Both the position numbers and the translations under genes were made by a program. A stretch of DNA of 64,000 nt, taken from positions 1 through 64,000 of IMG/VR virus record IMGVR_UViG_2880505610_000001. One strand, 5' to 3'. The notes beneath the pieces were generated by a model that was not told the origin of the DNA, made no database searches, and was given only the letters and a program-made list of their open reading frames with translations. This stretch comes from a virus (lineage: Duplodnaviria > Caudoviricetes). Shown piece by piece: positions 27,824-36,266 of the stretch; the stretch's first letter is position 1, and each line of letters starts with the position of its first letter.

Positions 27824-28218
27824 ACCGCGACCGCGTCAGCCTGCGGGGCGTGACGGACAACGCCACCACGAACATCCTCGAAGCCATCAACATCGGGGAC
27901 CTTCCTCGGGCCCGCGCGCTGTTCATCAGGGCCGCGGCGCAAGGTGACATCGAACGTCTCGTGATGGCCCTCTCCGACCTCGTCGAACCCAAGCCCAGCG
28001 AGATCACTCTCGGTGAAGGGCACCTGGTATTCGGGAACCCGCTAAGGGACGGGTGGGCGTGGCGATGCGGCCACTGCCTGCACGCCTACCGGACCGGCGG
28101 CCGGCCCCCCGCAGCCGGAGTGAACTACAAGACGCAGCGAGCCGCCGCCACCGCCGCCCGCAAACACTCCACCGAAGAGCACGCCGGAGCCGTGCCAGTG
28201 AAGGTGGTGACCCGGTGA
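27820..28218 (+). CDS. hypothetical protein, CxxC...H motif
   Basis: WAWRCGHC...AARKHSTEEH; ATGA coupled. Confidence 0.65.
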   Translation: MNRDRVSLRGVTDNATTNILEAINIGDLPRARALFIRAAAQGDIERLVMALSDLVEPKPSEITLGEGHLVFGNPLRDGWAWRCGHCLHAYRTGGRPPAAGVNYKTQRAAATAARKHSTEEHAGAVPVKVVTR

Positions 28219-28658
28219 CCCTCGGACGCATGGGCGGACTCTACGCCGCTCTCCACGCCGGCCACATGGTCGGGGACTACTGGGCCCAAACCGACAGATG
28301 TGCACAGGCGAAAGGCAAGCCCGGCAAGGACGGCCGCCGCGCCTGCGCAACCCACGTGGCGACCCTCACCGCCACCCAGGCCGCATTCATCAGCTTGGCA
28401 GCCGCCGCCACCGGAGAGCGGCTCCCCGCCCGTCGCGTCGCGGCAGGCCTCGCCGTGAACGCCATCTCCCACTACGCCATCGACCGCCGCGACCACGGCG
28501 TCATGCCCCACCTCTGCCGGGCCCTCCGCCGCTACGGCAAGGAGGACTTCGCCCGGCTCGGCGCTCCCGGCCTCGCGTCCGGCGCCGCCTACCTCGACCA
28601 GGCGTGGCACATCGCCTGGTGCGCCATCTCCGCCGCGATCATCGCAGGAAAGGGCTGA
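28215..28658 (+). CDS. DUF3307-like membrane protein
   Basis: HMVGDYWAQT...H...SHYAIDRR...DQAWH. Confidence 0.8.
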   Translation: MTLGRMGGLYAALHAGHMVGDYWAQTDRCAQAKGKPGKDGRRACATHVATLTATQAAFISLAAAATGERLPARRVAAGLAVNAISHYAIDRRDHGVMPHLCRALRRYGKEDFARLGAPGLASGAAYLDQAWHIAWCAISAAIIAGKG

Positions 28659-28664
28659 AGCATC

Positions 28665-28880
28665 ATGACCACACCCGCCACCAACACCCTGCCGAGCTTC
28701 CTGACCTTGGGAGGCGCCCACGTGGTCGTCCAGCCGCCCCGCTACGAGGGGGGCGGCTTCAGGTGGGAGTGCCTGGGCTGCGACGAATCGCTGACTCACA
28801 CCTACAAGAAGCACGCCTGCGACGGCGCCAACGCCCACGCCGGCAGGTGCCGTTCCATGCCCAGGCCGGACGGAGCCTGA
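28665..28880 (+). CDS. small Zn-binding hypothetical protein
   Basis: WECLGC...ANAHAGRC. Confidence 0.65.
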   Translation: MTTPATNTLPSFLTLGGAHVVVQPPRYEGGGFRWECLGCDESLTHTYKKHACDGANAHAGRCRSMPRPDGA

Positions 28881-28970
28881 CCTCGGGGCTGGTGCTGCGT
28901 CCGAGCGCTCCGCTGCCCAGTGGTGGAGCGCCCCACGGAACACCAGACGGTCAACCGCAGCAGGATGCAC

Positions 28971-29666
28971 ATGGACACTGATGAAGCCCTGACCTACACC
29001 GACCCCGAAGTGCTACGCGCCGCGGAGGCGGGCGCGGACTGGGCCGACCCGATCACCGACCCCACCCAGATCGACTGGGCGCCGCGGCAGGATGCCGCGC
29101 TGATCCCGTTTGAGGTGATCAACGGGCGTCCCATGAACCCGCGCGAGAAGACCGGCATCACGCGCGGCCGCAACAAACTCGGCCACTGGGGCGAGAAGGC
29201 CGCGGCCGACGCGCTGGTGCTGGCGACCGGGCCAGACGGCCACCGCCGCGCCCTCCTGATCGAGCGGACGGACCGCCACGGCTGGGCCATCCCGGGGGGC
29301 TGCCTCGATCCCGAGGAGACGCCCCTGGCCGCCGCCGTCCGCGAGTTGGAGGAGGAGACCGGCCTGGTCCTGCCCGACGCGGCGTGGCAGGTCACCCCGG
29401 TCCGGTACGTCCCGGACCCACGCGCGAGCGACGAGGCGTGGATGGTCACCGTGCTGTGCGTCGCGCAGCTCGGCGCTGGCGACGAACTCCCCGCGGTCGC
29501 CGGCGCTGACGACGCCGCCCGCGCCGAGTGGGTCCTCGCCGACGACTACGAAACGCTCGTGAAGGACCTGGCCGACACCTACGGCGGCGTCGTGTTCCCC
29601 GCCCACGTCGACATGCTCCAGGAAGCCTTGCATGCCAGCGTCACAGCCAAGCCGGAAGGGGCCTGA
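28971..29666 (+). CDS. Nudix hydrolase, NUDT9/ADP-ribose pyrophosphatase-like
   Basis: GRPMNP..TG..GRNKLGHWG; WAIPGGCLDPEETPLAAAVRELEEETG; DPRASDEAW; AGADDA. Confidence 0.9.
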   Translation: MDTDEALTYTDPEVLRAAEAGADWADPITDPTQIDWAPRQDAALIPFEVINGRPMNPREKTGITRGRNKLGHWGEKAAADALVLATGPDGHRRALLIERTDRHGWAIPGGCLDPEETPLAAAVRELEEETGLVLPDAAWQVTPVRYVPDPRASDEAWMVTVLCVAQLGAGDELPAVAGADDAARAEWVLADDYETLVKDLADTYGGVVFPAHVDMLQEALHASVTAKPEGA

Positions 29667-29667
29667 C

Positions 29668-30060
29668 ATGGGCCAGACCACCAGCATCATCGTGCAGTCC
29701 CAGCCCCGCCCTGGCGAGGTCAAGGAACTCTTCGACCACTGCCGCACCCTCCTCGGCGCCAACGGCCGCCACCGCTGGCACGAAGGCCCATCCGCGTACA
29801 TGCCGGGCAACCTGGAGTACGCCATGTTCCCCGCGCAGGGCCTCCCCGTCTGGCTGAAGATCTTCCACACCCCGAAGGGGAGCCTCCAGGGTCACGACCC
29901 CGACGCCGATGTCCCGGCGGGCTCCGTGGAGATCCGGCTCGACGACGGCACCCGCGACAGCCACGCCCGCCTGGTCAAGGACATCGGCCGGTGGCTCAAG
30001 AACCGCGGCTGGAACTGGCAGGTGCGCGAGCATCCCGACCAGCCGTGGCGCCACGGCTGA
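29668..30060 (+). CDS. hypothetical protein
   Basis: Abuts Nudix stop; GC3 bias. Confidence 0.65.
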   Translation: MGQTTSIIVQSQPRPGEVKELFDHCRTLLGANGRHRWHEGPSAYMPGNLEYAMFPAQGLPVWLKIFHTPKGSLQGHDPDADVPAGSVEIRLDDGTRDSHARLVKDIGRWLKNRGWNWQVREHPDQPWRHG

Positions 30061-30181
30061 TGCTGTGTCCGGGCGGCCCGCGCCCGAGCACGGGCCGTCA
30101 CACGGAACACCAAACGCGAAGAGGACTGACCGGAGATGGACACCGCCTGATCAGCCACGGCTCGCCGCCTACGCTCGTGCC

Positions 30182-30631
30182 GTGAGCTGGGACCACGCCC
30201 GCGGGGCGGTATACCTGACGGCAGCCCTCGCCGCGAGCGGGTTCATCGGCTACCTCGTCGGCCAGGTCGACTTGAACAACGCCCAACCGACCCCCGCGCC
30301 TACACCAGCTGCAACCTGGGTAGCGCCAACGTGGTCCCCCACAAACGAACCACCCGAGGTCATCAACTGCGGGCCAGCCGACACCCCGAGTCTCCTACTC
30401 ATGCGCAACCAGACGTGTATGACACCCGACCCGGAAGACGAGCAACTCGACCGGCTGATCAAAAAGTTCGCCGAACAACAACGCAAAGCCCAGAAGAACC
30501 CACCCGTCTACCCGTTCCCAGTGCCGTCACCAACCCTCCCGAGCGGCGGAGGGACGTTGTGCGCGGACGGGACCTGGTCCACCGCATCAGGCCGCGGCAC
30601 CTGCTCGTGGCACGGTGGCACCGCCGACTGA
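30182..30631 (+). CDS. DUF3761-like secreted/membrane protein
   Basis: CADGTWS...RGTCSWHGG C-terminus; N-terminal TM. Confidence 0.7.
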   Translation: MSWDHARGAVYLTAALAASGFIGYLVGQVDLNNAQPTPAPTPAATWVAPTWSPTNEPPEVINCGPADTPSLLLMRNQTCMTPDPEDEQLDRLIKKFAEQQRKAQKNPPVYPFPVPSPTLPSGGGTLCADGTWSTASGRGTCSWHGGTAD

Positions 30632-30797
30632 GGCCTTGAAGGCAACCTCGATAAGTCGCGTCCCGAAAGCTCGTTCTGGGACGGGTCGTACTTCCTGATC
30701 CGCCAGTTCGACGCGTAGGGATTGGGAGGAATCCCGGAAACGCAGCGGCTACCAGGGCGATGATGTCGCTATTCACCCCTCACGCACAGGAGCAGCC

Positions 30798-32162
30798 TTG
30801 GCGTTCCAGTCCACTCGGCTCAGCACGATCTTCGGAGCATCGCCCGAAAGCGTGACCTACGAACAGCTTGAGGCCCTGATTTCGAACGATGCTGCCAGGG
30901 AAGCTGAAGATCTTGATTACAAACGCAAGTACGAGACCGGCGACAAGGGCAGTGACGATGTAGCCGTCGACATCACCACTTTCGCCAACCACCTCGGCGG
31001 CGTAATCGTCGTGGGGATGGCTGAGGTCAATGCGCAGCCATCAAAGATCATCGGGATCGAGCTGACCGATGAGCTGGAGAGATGGATCCACACGAGGGTC
31101 GCGGACCGCGTCTTCCCAAAGCCACGCTTCCGACTCCGCCGTGTCCCGGATCCGACTGACACCAGCCAGAAGCCTCGTGGGCTCCTCCTCATCATGGTCC
31201 CTCGCAGTTCGATGGCACCGCACGCCGTCGTAGTACCGAACGAAAAGGAGAAGCTGCGCTGGCCTCGTAGGCAAGGGACAGGCAAGATCTGGCTCACTGA
31301 GGGTGAGATCGCCGCAGCCTATCGCCAGCGCTTCGTTACCGTGGTCACGGCAGCAGACAGGCTCAGCGAGGTCCAAAACGACAACCTCGAAGCGATCGCT
31401 CGCAAACAGACCCACCCTGCACGCAATGTGGCCGCTCGACTGACCGTGTCGCTGGTCCCAGACATCCGCGGCAACTACCTCATTGACCACGACTCCTACC
31501 AACAATTCCTCAGCGAAGAACAGCGAGGGCGCCTCTTGGTCGGCAACGACGACGGCTATCGGACGACTACCGTTGGCGTCGGCTATCGACGGCTTGTGTG
31601 CACTATGAACGGCTGGCTGCGAAGCCGATCTGAACTCCATACGGATGGGGCCGGCTCGTTCACTGTCGAACTGGTCGGGGAGATGCCTCCTGGTCAGCCG
31701 TCTCAGGTTTGGGATAGCTCGATCGTCTTGTGGACAGCCTCTGGGCTGCGTTATCTCGCTCGACACGCCCGCGATCGGGCCAGCGCATCTGGTGGCGCCC
31801 TGACTTCATCCGAAATCATGCCGTACGGACTCACAAAGGCCAACGAGCCAGCACAGCTCGGTGGAGAGCTAACCATCTTGACCTCGAGCCCGGCCGGGCC
31901 TGAATTGTACGGCCGCGATCCTCAACCCCGTGCTCGTGGAGAGGCCTACTTTCTTCTCGATCACCTGGCTGACGACGGTCAGCCGCTGGCACAGGCCACC
32001 GCTCACCTCGTCGGGGACCTGTTCCAGACATTCAACGCCGTAAGCATTCGTCAGATTACCCGGGACGGCGAACTCGATCTGGACGCCTGGGGATCCGAGC
32101 GCGCGGTTGCTGAAGCGTGGGCAACTCAAGCCGCTATTCCACTCTCCACAGGTAGCCGCTGA
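30798..32162 (+). CDS. AlbA_2/Schlafen-domain protein
   Basis: EAEDLDYK...DITTFANHLGGVIVVGMAE...VPRS..APH...RRQG; lower GC than neighbours. Confidence 0.85.
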   Translation: MAFQSTRLSTIFGASPESVTYEQLEALISNDAAREAEDLDYKRKYETGDKGSDDVAVDITTFANHLGGVIVVGMAEVNAQPSKIIGIELTDELERWIHTRVADRVFPKPRFRLRRVPDPTDTSQKPRGLLLIMVPRSSMAPHAVVVPNEKEKLRWPRRQGTGKIWLTEGEIAAAYRQRFVTVVTAADRLSEVQNDNLEAIARKQTHPARNVAARLTVSLVPDIRGNYLIDHDSYQQFLSEEQRGRLLVGNDDGYRTTTVGVGYRRLVCTMNGWLRSRSELHTDGAGSFTVELVGEMPPGQPSQVWDSSIVLWTASGLRYLARHARDRASASGGALTSSEIMPYGLTKANEPAQLGGELTILTSSPAGPELYGRDPQPRARGEAYFLLDHLADDGQPLAQATAHLVGDLFQTFNAVSIRQITRDGELDLDAWGSERAVAEAWATQAAIPLSTGSR

Positions 32163-32219
32163 CCCGGTACCTAAGTCACCACGAGCTTCCCCTCATCAAT
32201 CAGCGGCAGGAGAGAGCAC

Positions 32220-32957
32220 ATGGGCGTTGACGCGGGCGGCCTAGTCGTCGCCGTGATTAGCGTGGCAGTGTCCGTAGCCTTCACGTTGTGGTTCACTCGG
32301 CAGCAAACGACCGCTGCGAAGAAGCAGGCCAAGGCCGCAATCGATCAGGCAGAGTCCGCCAAGGCGCAGGCCAGGTCTGCGGAAGAGTCTGCTCGAGCGG
32401 CTCAGCGCCAAGTCGAACTCACCGAGCAAGTACGCAGAGAGCAGGCAGAACCCTACGTGGTCGTTGACATTCGCCCGTCCGATCACGTCAGTTCTGTCTT
32501 CCTGCTGATCATTGAGAACGTTGGCCCCACGGTCGCGCGCAACGTGCAGATCCAGTTCGACCCACTACTCGAGCGGACTCTTGAGACAAGCAGGGCCAGT
32601 TGGAAGCCCATTCGGGACGCACTGCTCTTCACAAGCGGGATCCCCCTCATGCCACCTGGGCGCCGCATGGAGTGGTTCTTCGACATGACTCCGGCGCGCT
32701 TCAGCTCCACCTTGCCGATGCATTACACGGTGACCGTCGAAGCAGATGGTCCCTTCGGTGCCGTGGAACCACTGGTCTACCAGATCGATCTCGCGATCTA
32801 CGGCGGCATAAACCGGCTCGGTGTCAAGAACGTCCACGACGGCGTCAAGGCACTCGAGCAGCTGGTGAAGGAGACGAGCAGAGTCTCGGCTGCGCTTGCC
32901 CGCCCGCTACCCGTGTGGTTCGTGCAAATGGACACCCCCGAATCGGGGGATGAGTAG
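32220..32957 (+). CDS. membrane-anchored hypothetical protein
   Basis: TM helix, coiled-coil stalk, PYVVVD...IENVGPTVARNV beta domain. Confidence 0.75.
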   Translation: MGVDAGGLVVAVISVAVSVAFTLWFTRQQTTAAKKQAKAAIDQAESAKAQARSAEESARAAQRQVELTEQVRREQAEPYVVVDIRPSDHVSSVFLLIIENVGPTVARNVQIQFDPLLERTLETSRASWKPIRDALLFTSGIPLMPPGRRMEWFFDMTPARFSSTLPMHYTVTVEADGPFGAVEPLVYQIDLAIYGGINRLGVKNVHDGVKALEQLVKETSRVSAALARPLPVWFVQMDTPESGDE

Positions 32958-32996
32958 TTGATCAAGAACTAATCCGTCCGGCCAAGGTCATGGACG

Positions 32997-33032
32997 TCTG
33001 GGTTCCGTTAAGATGCATTATAGGAACCTAGA
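32997..33032. other. tyrosine-recombinase crossover site (dif/lox-like)
   Basis: GGTTCCGTTAA-GATGCA-TTATAGGAACC: 11-bp inverted arms, 6-bp spacer, directly upstream of recombinase operon. Confidence 0.75.
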
Positions 33033-33051
33033 ATTCGATGGGGGAGCCCAC

Positions 33052-33267
33052 GTGAAGACCGACAGCACAGGTCCAGAAATGACCACGTTCGAGGCCGCGC
33101 ACGAGGCGATCCTGCGTGCTGCCAGACTCCTCGATGCCGAAGCCGAGGAACTGGAGGCCGACGGCGGCCCGGGCGTCTTCAACCAAAAGGAGAAGAGCAT
33201 CGCAGCGCAGACGCTCCGCAACGCCGCTAGCAAGGTCCGCGCCATGCCAGTAGCTCCGCGATCATGA
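33052..33267 (+). CDS. hypothetical protein
   Basis: GGGGAG RBS; ATGA overlap with recombinase. Confidence 0.6.
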   Translation: MKTDSTGPEMTTFEAAHEAILRAARLLDAEAEELEADGGPGVFNQKEKSIAAQTLRNAASKVRAMPVAPRS

Positions 33268-34313
33268 CCGACCTCGAACCTGCACGCTCCCCCATCGTCG
33301 TCCGCCCCACCGAGCCTGCGCCCGTCGCGTACAGCGACATCGACTTCACCATCAGCGCCGACACCGCCGAGAGGCTCCTCAACTCCACCGCCGAGAACAC
33401 CCGTGTCACCTACGACCGAGCGTGGAGAAACTTCCGGGAGTGGTGCAAGACCGAGGGCCGCGTGTACCTGCCAGCCACAGCGCAGACGCTCACCGAGTAC
33501 GTCAACCACATGTGCAAAAGCGGGAGCGCCCCCAACACCATTGCGCAGGCCGTCTCCACAGTCCGCTCTAAGCATGCTGATGAGGGCCATCAGGACGAGC
33601 CCGACAGCCGGCAACCTCTCAGAGCCCTCAAGGACTACCGGAAAGAGTGGGCCGACGAAGGGAACCGAGAGAAGCAGGCGACACCGGTCATGCCCGACGC
33701 GCTGCGCGCCATGGTCGCGACGTGCGACCTGGGCACCCTGCAAGGAGTGCGGGACCGGGCGCTCCTGCTCCTCGGGTTCAACATGATGGCTCGGCGCTCC
33801 GAACTCGTTGGCCTCGACCAGGGCGACGTCGTTGAAGCCACCGAAGGTCTCGTCGTCTACGTCAAGCGATCCAAGACCGACCAGGAAGCCCGCGGCGTCA
33901 CGGTTGCTGTCCCCCGCGGGAAGCGCTCCGCGATGTGCCCCGTCGAAGCCGTCAACGCGTGGAAGGCGCGCCTCGCTGAGCGGGGCCTAGCGGACGGTCC
34001 CCTGTTCCGCCCCATCGACCGACACGGCCGCGTCGGAGGCGAGCCCGACATCGCCGGCAAAGCTGCTGTGCGCCTCACCGGCAAGTCCGCATGCAACATC
34101 GTTCACCGACGCGGCGTCCTCGCCAACCTTCCAGCCAAATACACATCCCATGGTCTCCGAGCTGGCTCAGCCTCAACCGCGTACGCAGCGGGTGTCCCCA
34201 TCTCCGAGATCGCCAAGCATGGCCGCTGGAACCCCAACTCCCCTGTGCTGCTCATCTACATCCGGTTCGTGGACCAGTGGAAGAACAACCCGATGAACGA
34301 GGTCGACCTGTGA
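33264..34313 (+). CDS. Cre-like tyrosine recombinase
   Basis: RDRALLLLGF...RRSEL, RSKTDQ, HGLRAG, HGRW...YIR; no N-terminal arm-binding domain. Confidence 0.92.
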   Translation: MTDLEPARSPIVVRPTEPAPVAYSDIDFTISADTAERLLNSTAENTRVTYDRAWRNFREWCKTEGRVYLPATAQTLTEYVNHMCKSGSAPNTIAQAVSTVRSKHADEGHQDEPDSRQPLRALKDYRKEWADEGNREKQATPVMPDALRAMVATCDLGTLQGVRDRALLLLGFNMMARRSELVGLDQGDVVEATEGLVVYVKRSKTDQEARGVTVAVPRGKRSAMCPVEAVNAWKARLAERGLADGPLFRPIDRHGRVGGEPDIAGKAAVRLTGKSACNIVHRRGVLANLPAKYTSHGLRAGSASTAYAAGVPISEIAKHGRWNPNSPVLLIYIRFVDQWKNNPMNEVDL

Positions 34314-35164
34314 CGGGTTTGTACACGCGCTGTGGCCGCCTCACGCAGAAGGGGCGTCCCTGTCGGCTCGGAGTCCACCGGCTGCGATGGCGCGATCCCC
34401 TCGGATGGGAACCGCCACAGGCGTGTGGGGTTCATCTAACCAGCGAAGAGTGGGAAGAGATCTACAAGATCGAGGATTCCTACAACGAGCGAAAAGCGGA
34501 GGCGGAGCGGATCAAGGACAAAGAGATCCTCTCCCGCCCAGCGAACTGGTCTGGCTTCCTCGGCAGCACATGTAGCGCTCCTGATGTCTCGTGCAGACAA
34601 ACGGCAGTGGCGTGGCTGGTGACCATGGACATGCCTGATCCGAGGGTGTGCTACGACCACCTCACGCCAGAAGAGCGCGCCGCCCTCGACAGCGCCCAGG
34701 CTGCAGTGGAAGCACGGTTGAGGAGACTGGCCGAGGAGCCGGACTGCTGGTCGTGGCCGGTCCCAGAACCACGCGAGTATGCCTCCGAGGAGGAAGCCTG
34801 TGATGCGCTCTCCGCGTGGCAGCATGGCCGAGGCTGTGCGGTCTGCGGTGATCCCTCCGGACTCGTCCAGGATCACGACCACACGACCGGACTCGTGCGA
34901 GGCAAGCTCTGCCACACGTGCAACGTGAAGGAAGGGAAGGGATCCACGCGGGCGCCGTTCACCAGGTACCGCGAGCGCAATCCCGCGTCGATCCTCGGCG
35001 TGAAGGTCCGCTATTGGAGCCCCTGGACCGGCTACGCAGAGCCCGAGCCCACCCTGACCGAAGAAGAGAGGGCGGCGGAACAGCGCACACTGAGGGATGC
35101 AGTCGACCGACTCACCTTCCCTGCCTTCGGCTCTCTCCCCCTCGACGACAGGAACGATGCGTGA
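34310..35164 (+). CDS. endonuclease VII domain protein
   Basis: CAVCG...DHDHTTGLVRGKLCHTCN..EG; N-terminal CG..T..G.PC. Confidence 0.85.
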   Translation: MTGLYTRCGRLTQKGRPCRLGVHRLRWRDPLGWEPPQACGVHLTSEEWEEIYKIEDSYNERKAEAERIKDKEILSRPANWSGFLGSTCSAPDVSCRQTAVAWLVTMDMPDPRVCYDHLTPEERAALDSAQAAVEARLRRLAEEPDCWSWPVPEPREYASEEEACDALSAWQHGRGCAVCGDPSGLVQDHDHTTGLVRGKLCHTCNVKEGKGSTRAPFTRYRERNPASILGVKVRYWSPWTGYAEPEPTLTEEERAAEQRTLRDAVDRLTFPAFGSLPLDDRNDA

Positions 35165-35598
35165 TCGAACGGGACCTCAAACGGGTGGCTCGCTTCGTCA
35201 TCGCTCAGCGAGGAAATCTGGGACTCTCTCAGTCCGAACTTGCCGAGCGGGCGGGGGTGGACTCCAAGACAATTTGGAACCTTGAGTCTGCGCAGAGATG
35301 GCCGATCTCCCGCAATCGCGTCAAGATCGAGAAGGCGCTGGGTGTAGAGCCCGACTCTCTGGCCATGGTGTCTAGAGGCATCTTCCCCGCATCTGACGGC
35401 GGCGTGTCCGATGATCTCCTCCGTGAGGCGGCTGGCAGCCCTGAGTTCGAGGGGCTGTTGGGGCAGAGAGCCGCAGAGTTGTCGGACGAGCAGCGGATCG
35501 TCCTGGACATGTTACTCGAAGAGCTCAGGGCGGCTGAGGATGCTCGGCGTCGACTCATAGCGAAGATCATCCGGTACTCCAAGGGGTCCCAACCTTGA
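35161..35598 (+). CDS. XRE-family HTH regulator
   Basis: GLSQSELAERAGVDSKTIWNLES...KIEKALG. Confidence 0.85.
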   Translation: MIERDLKRVARFVIAQRGNLGLSQSELAERAGVDSKTIWNLESAQRWPISRNRVKIEKALGVEPDSLAMVSRGIFPASDGGVSDDLLREAAGSPEFEGLLGQRAAELSDEQRIVLDMLLEELRAAEDARRRLIAKIIRYSKGSQP

Positions 35599-35644
35599 CC
35601 CCCTCCTCCGGCTACGGGTTTCTAGGGCTGTCTAGGATCAGCGC

Positions 35645-35917
35645 GTGGCCGACTTTGACTTCCCCGCTGACCTGATCGACCTCCAGCGCGCCTTCTACGC
35701 CGCGGACCGCCGCTGTGAGGAGATCGGGGCGTCGTGGCCTAGGCCCACGGCTGTCGCCGCCGGCATAGAGGAGATCAGCGAGGAGCAGCACGCTGAACTC
35801 TCCCGGGCGCGGGCTGAGCGGCTGGAGGTCGTGGAGCGGATGGCCGCGCACCCGTGGTGGGGCACGGTCGACCGGCTGAAGGCCAAAGCTGCCCTCCGCA
35901 AGGCCGCGCGGGCGTAG
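35645..35917 (+). CDS. hypothetical protein
   Basis: FPADLIDLQRA...AHPWWGTV. Confidence 0.7.
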   Translation: MADFDFPADLIDLQRAFYAADRRCEEIGASWPRPTAVAAGIEEISEEQHAELSRARAERLEVVERMAAHPWWGTVDRLKAKAALRKAARA

Positions 35918-35981
35918 CAGCTCCAGGCGCCGCTATTTCGACGTGCGATCTTGGAATCGGCGCGCTAGCTTGTTGATCAGC

Positions 35982-36060
35982 ACCTCTCCCGAAGTGCTGG
36001 GCGACGGTTCCTTCCTTCGCATGGCAGAACAACCGCCGCCCGATCTGTTGTCGGGAGGGT
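35982..36060 (+). ncRNA. short Y-like RNA (Ro60-binding stem only)
   Basis: CTCCCGA/TCGGGAG terminal stem, AGTGC/GTTG internal loop, GGGCGACGGTT/AACCGCCGCCC stem; same layout as next RNA; TAGCTT -10 at 35966. Confidence 0.7.
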
Positions 36061-36063
36061 CGA

Positions 36064-36234
36064 CAACTTCAGACGAGCGGGTGCCCGAAGTGCAGGCAAC
36101 GGTTTCTTCCACTGGTTAATGGAGAGGTCGCAGGTTCGAATCCTGTCACCGGGCCTTGCCGGGTGTAGCTCAGTTGGCAGAGCACTTACGTCACCGTCGC
36201 CGACCTCGTTGTCGGGCACCCCTCGCTGAAGTTG
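36064..36234 (+). ncRNA. yrlA: YrlA-type Y RNA with circularly permuted tRNA-like domain
   Basis: GGGTGCCCGA/TCGGGCACCC stem enclosing T arm GCAGGTTCGAATCCTGT (36130-46) before closed acceptor and D arm GCTCAGTTGGCAGAGC (36168-83); next to TROVE gene. Confidence 0.88.
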
Positions 36235-36266
36235 AACCCCTCCCCCAGCTCATCTGGGGTCGCAGG

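Noticed and set aside
33264-34313. Prophage integrase marking the prophage boundary
   Set aside because: Cre-like without arm-binding domain, no flanking att repeat or host genes seen; resolvase more likely though not proven
36100-36185. Canonical tRNA-Asn gene or tRNA att site
   Set aside because: T arm precedes D arm, acceptor ends are joined by a loop and no CCA end; fits YrlA
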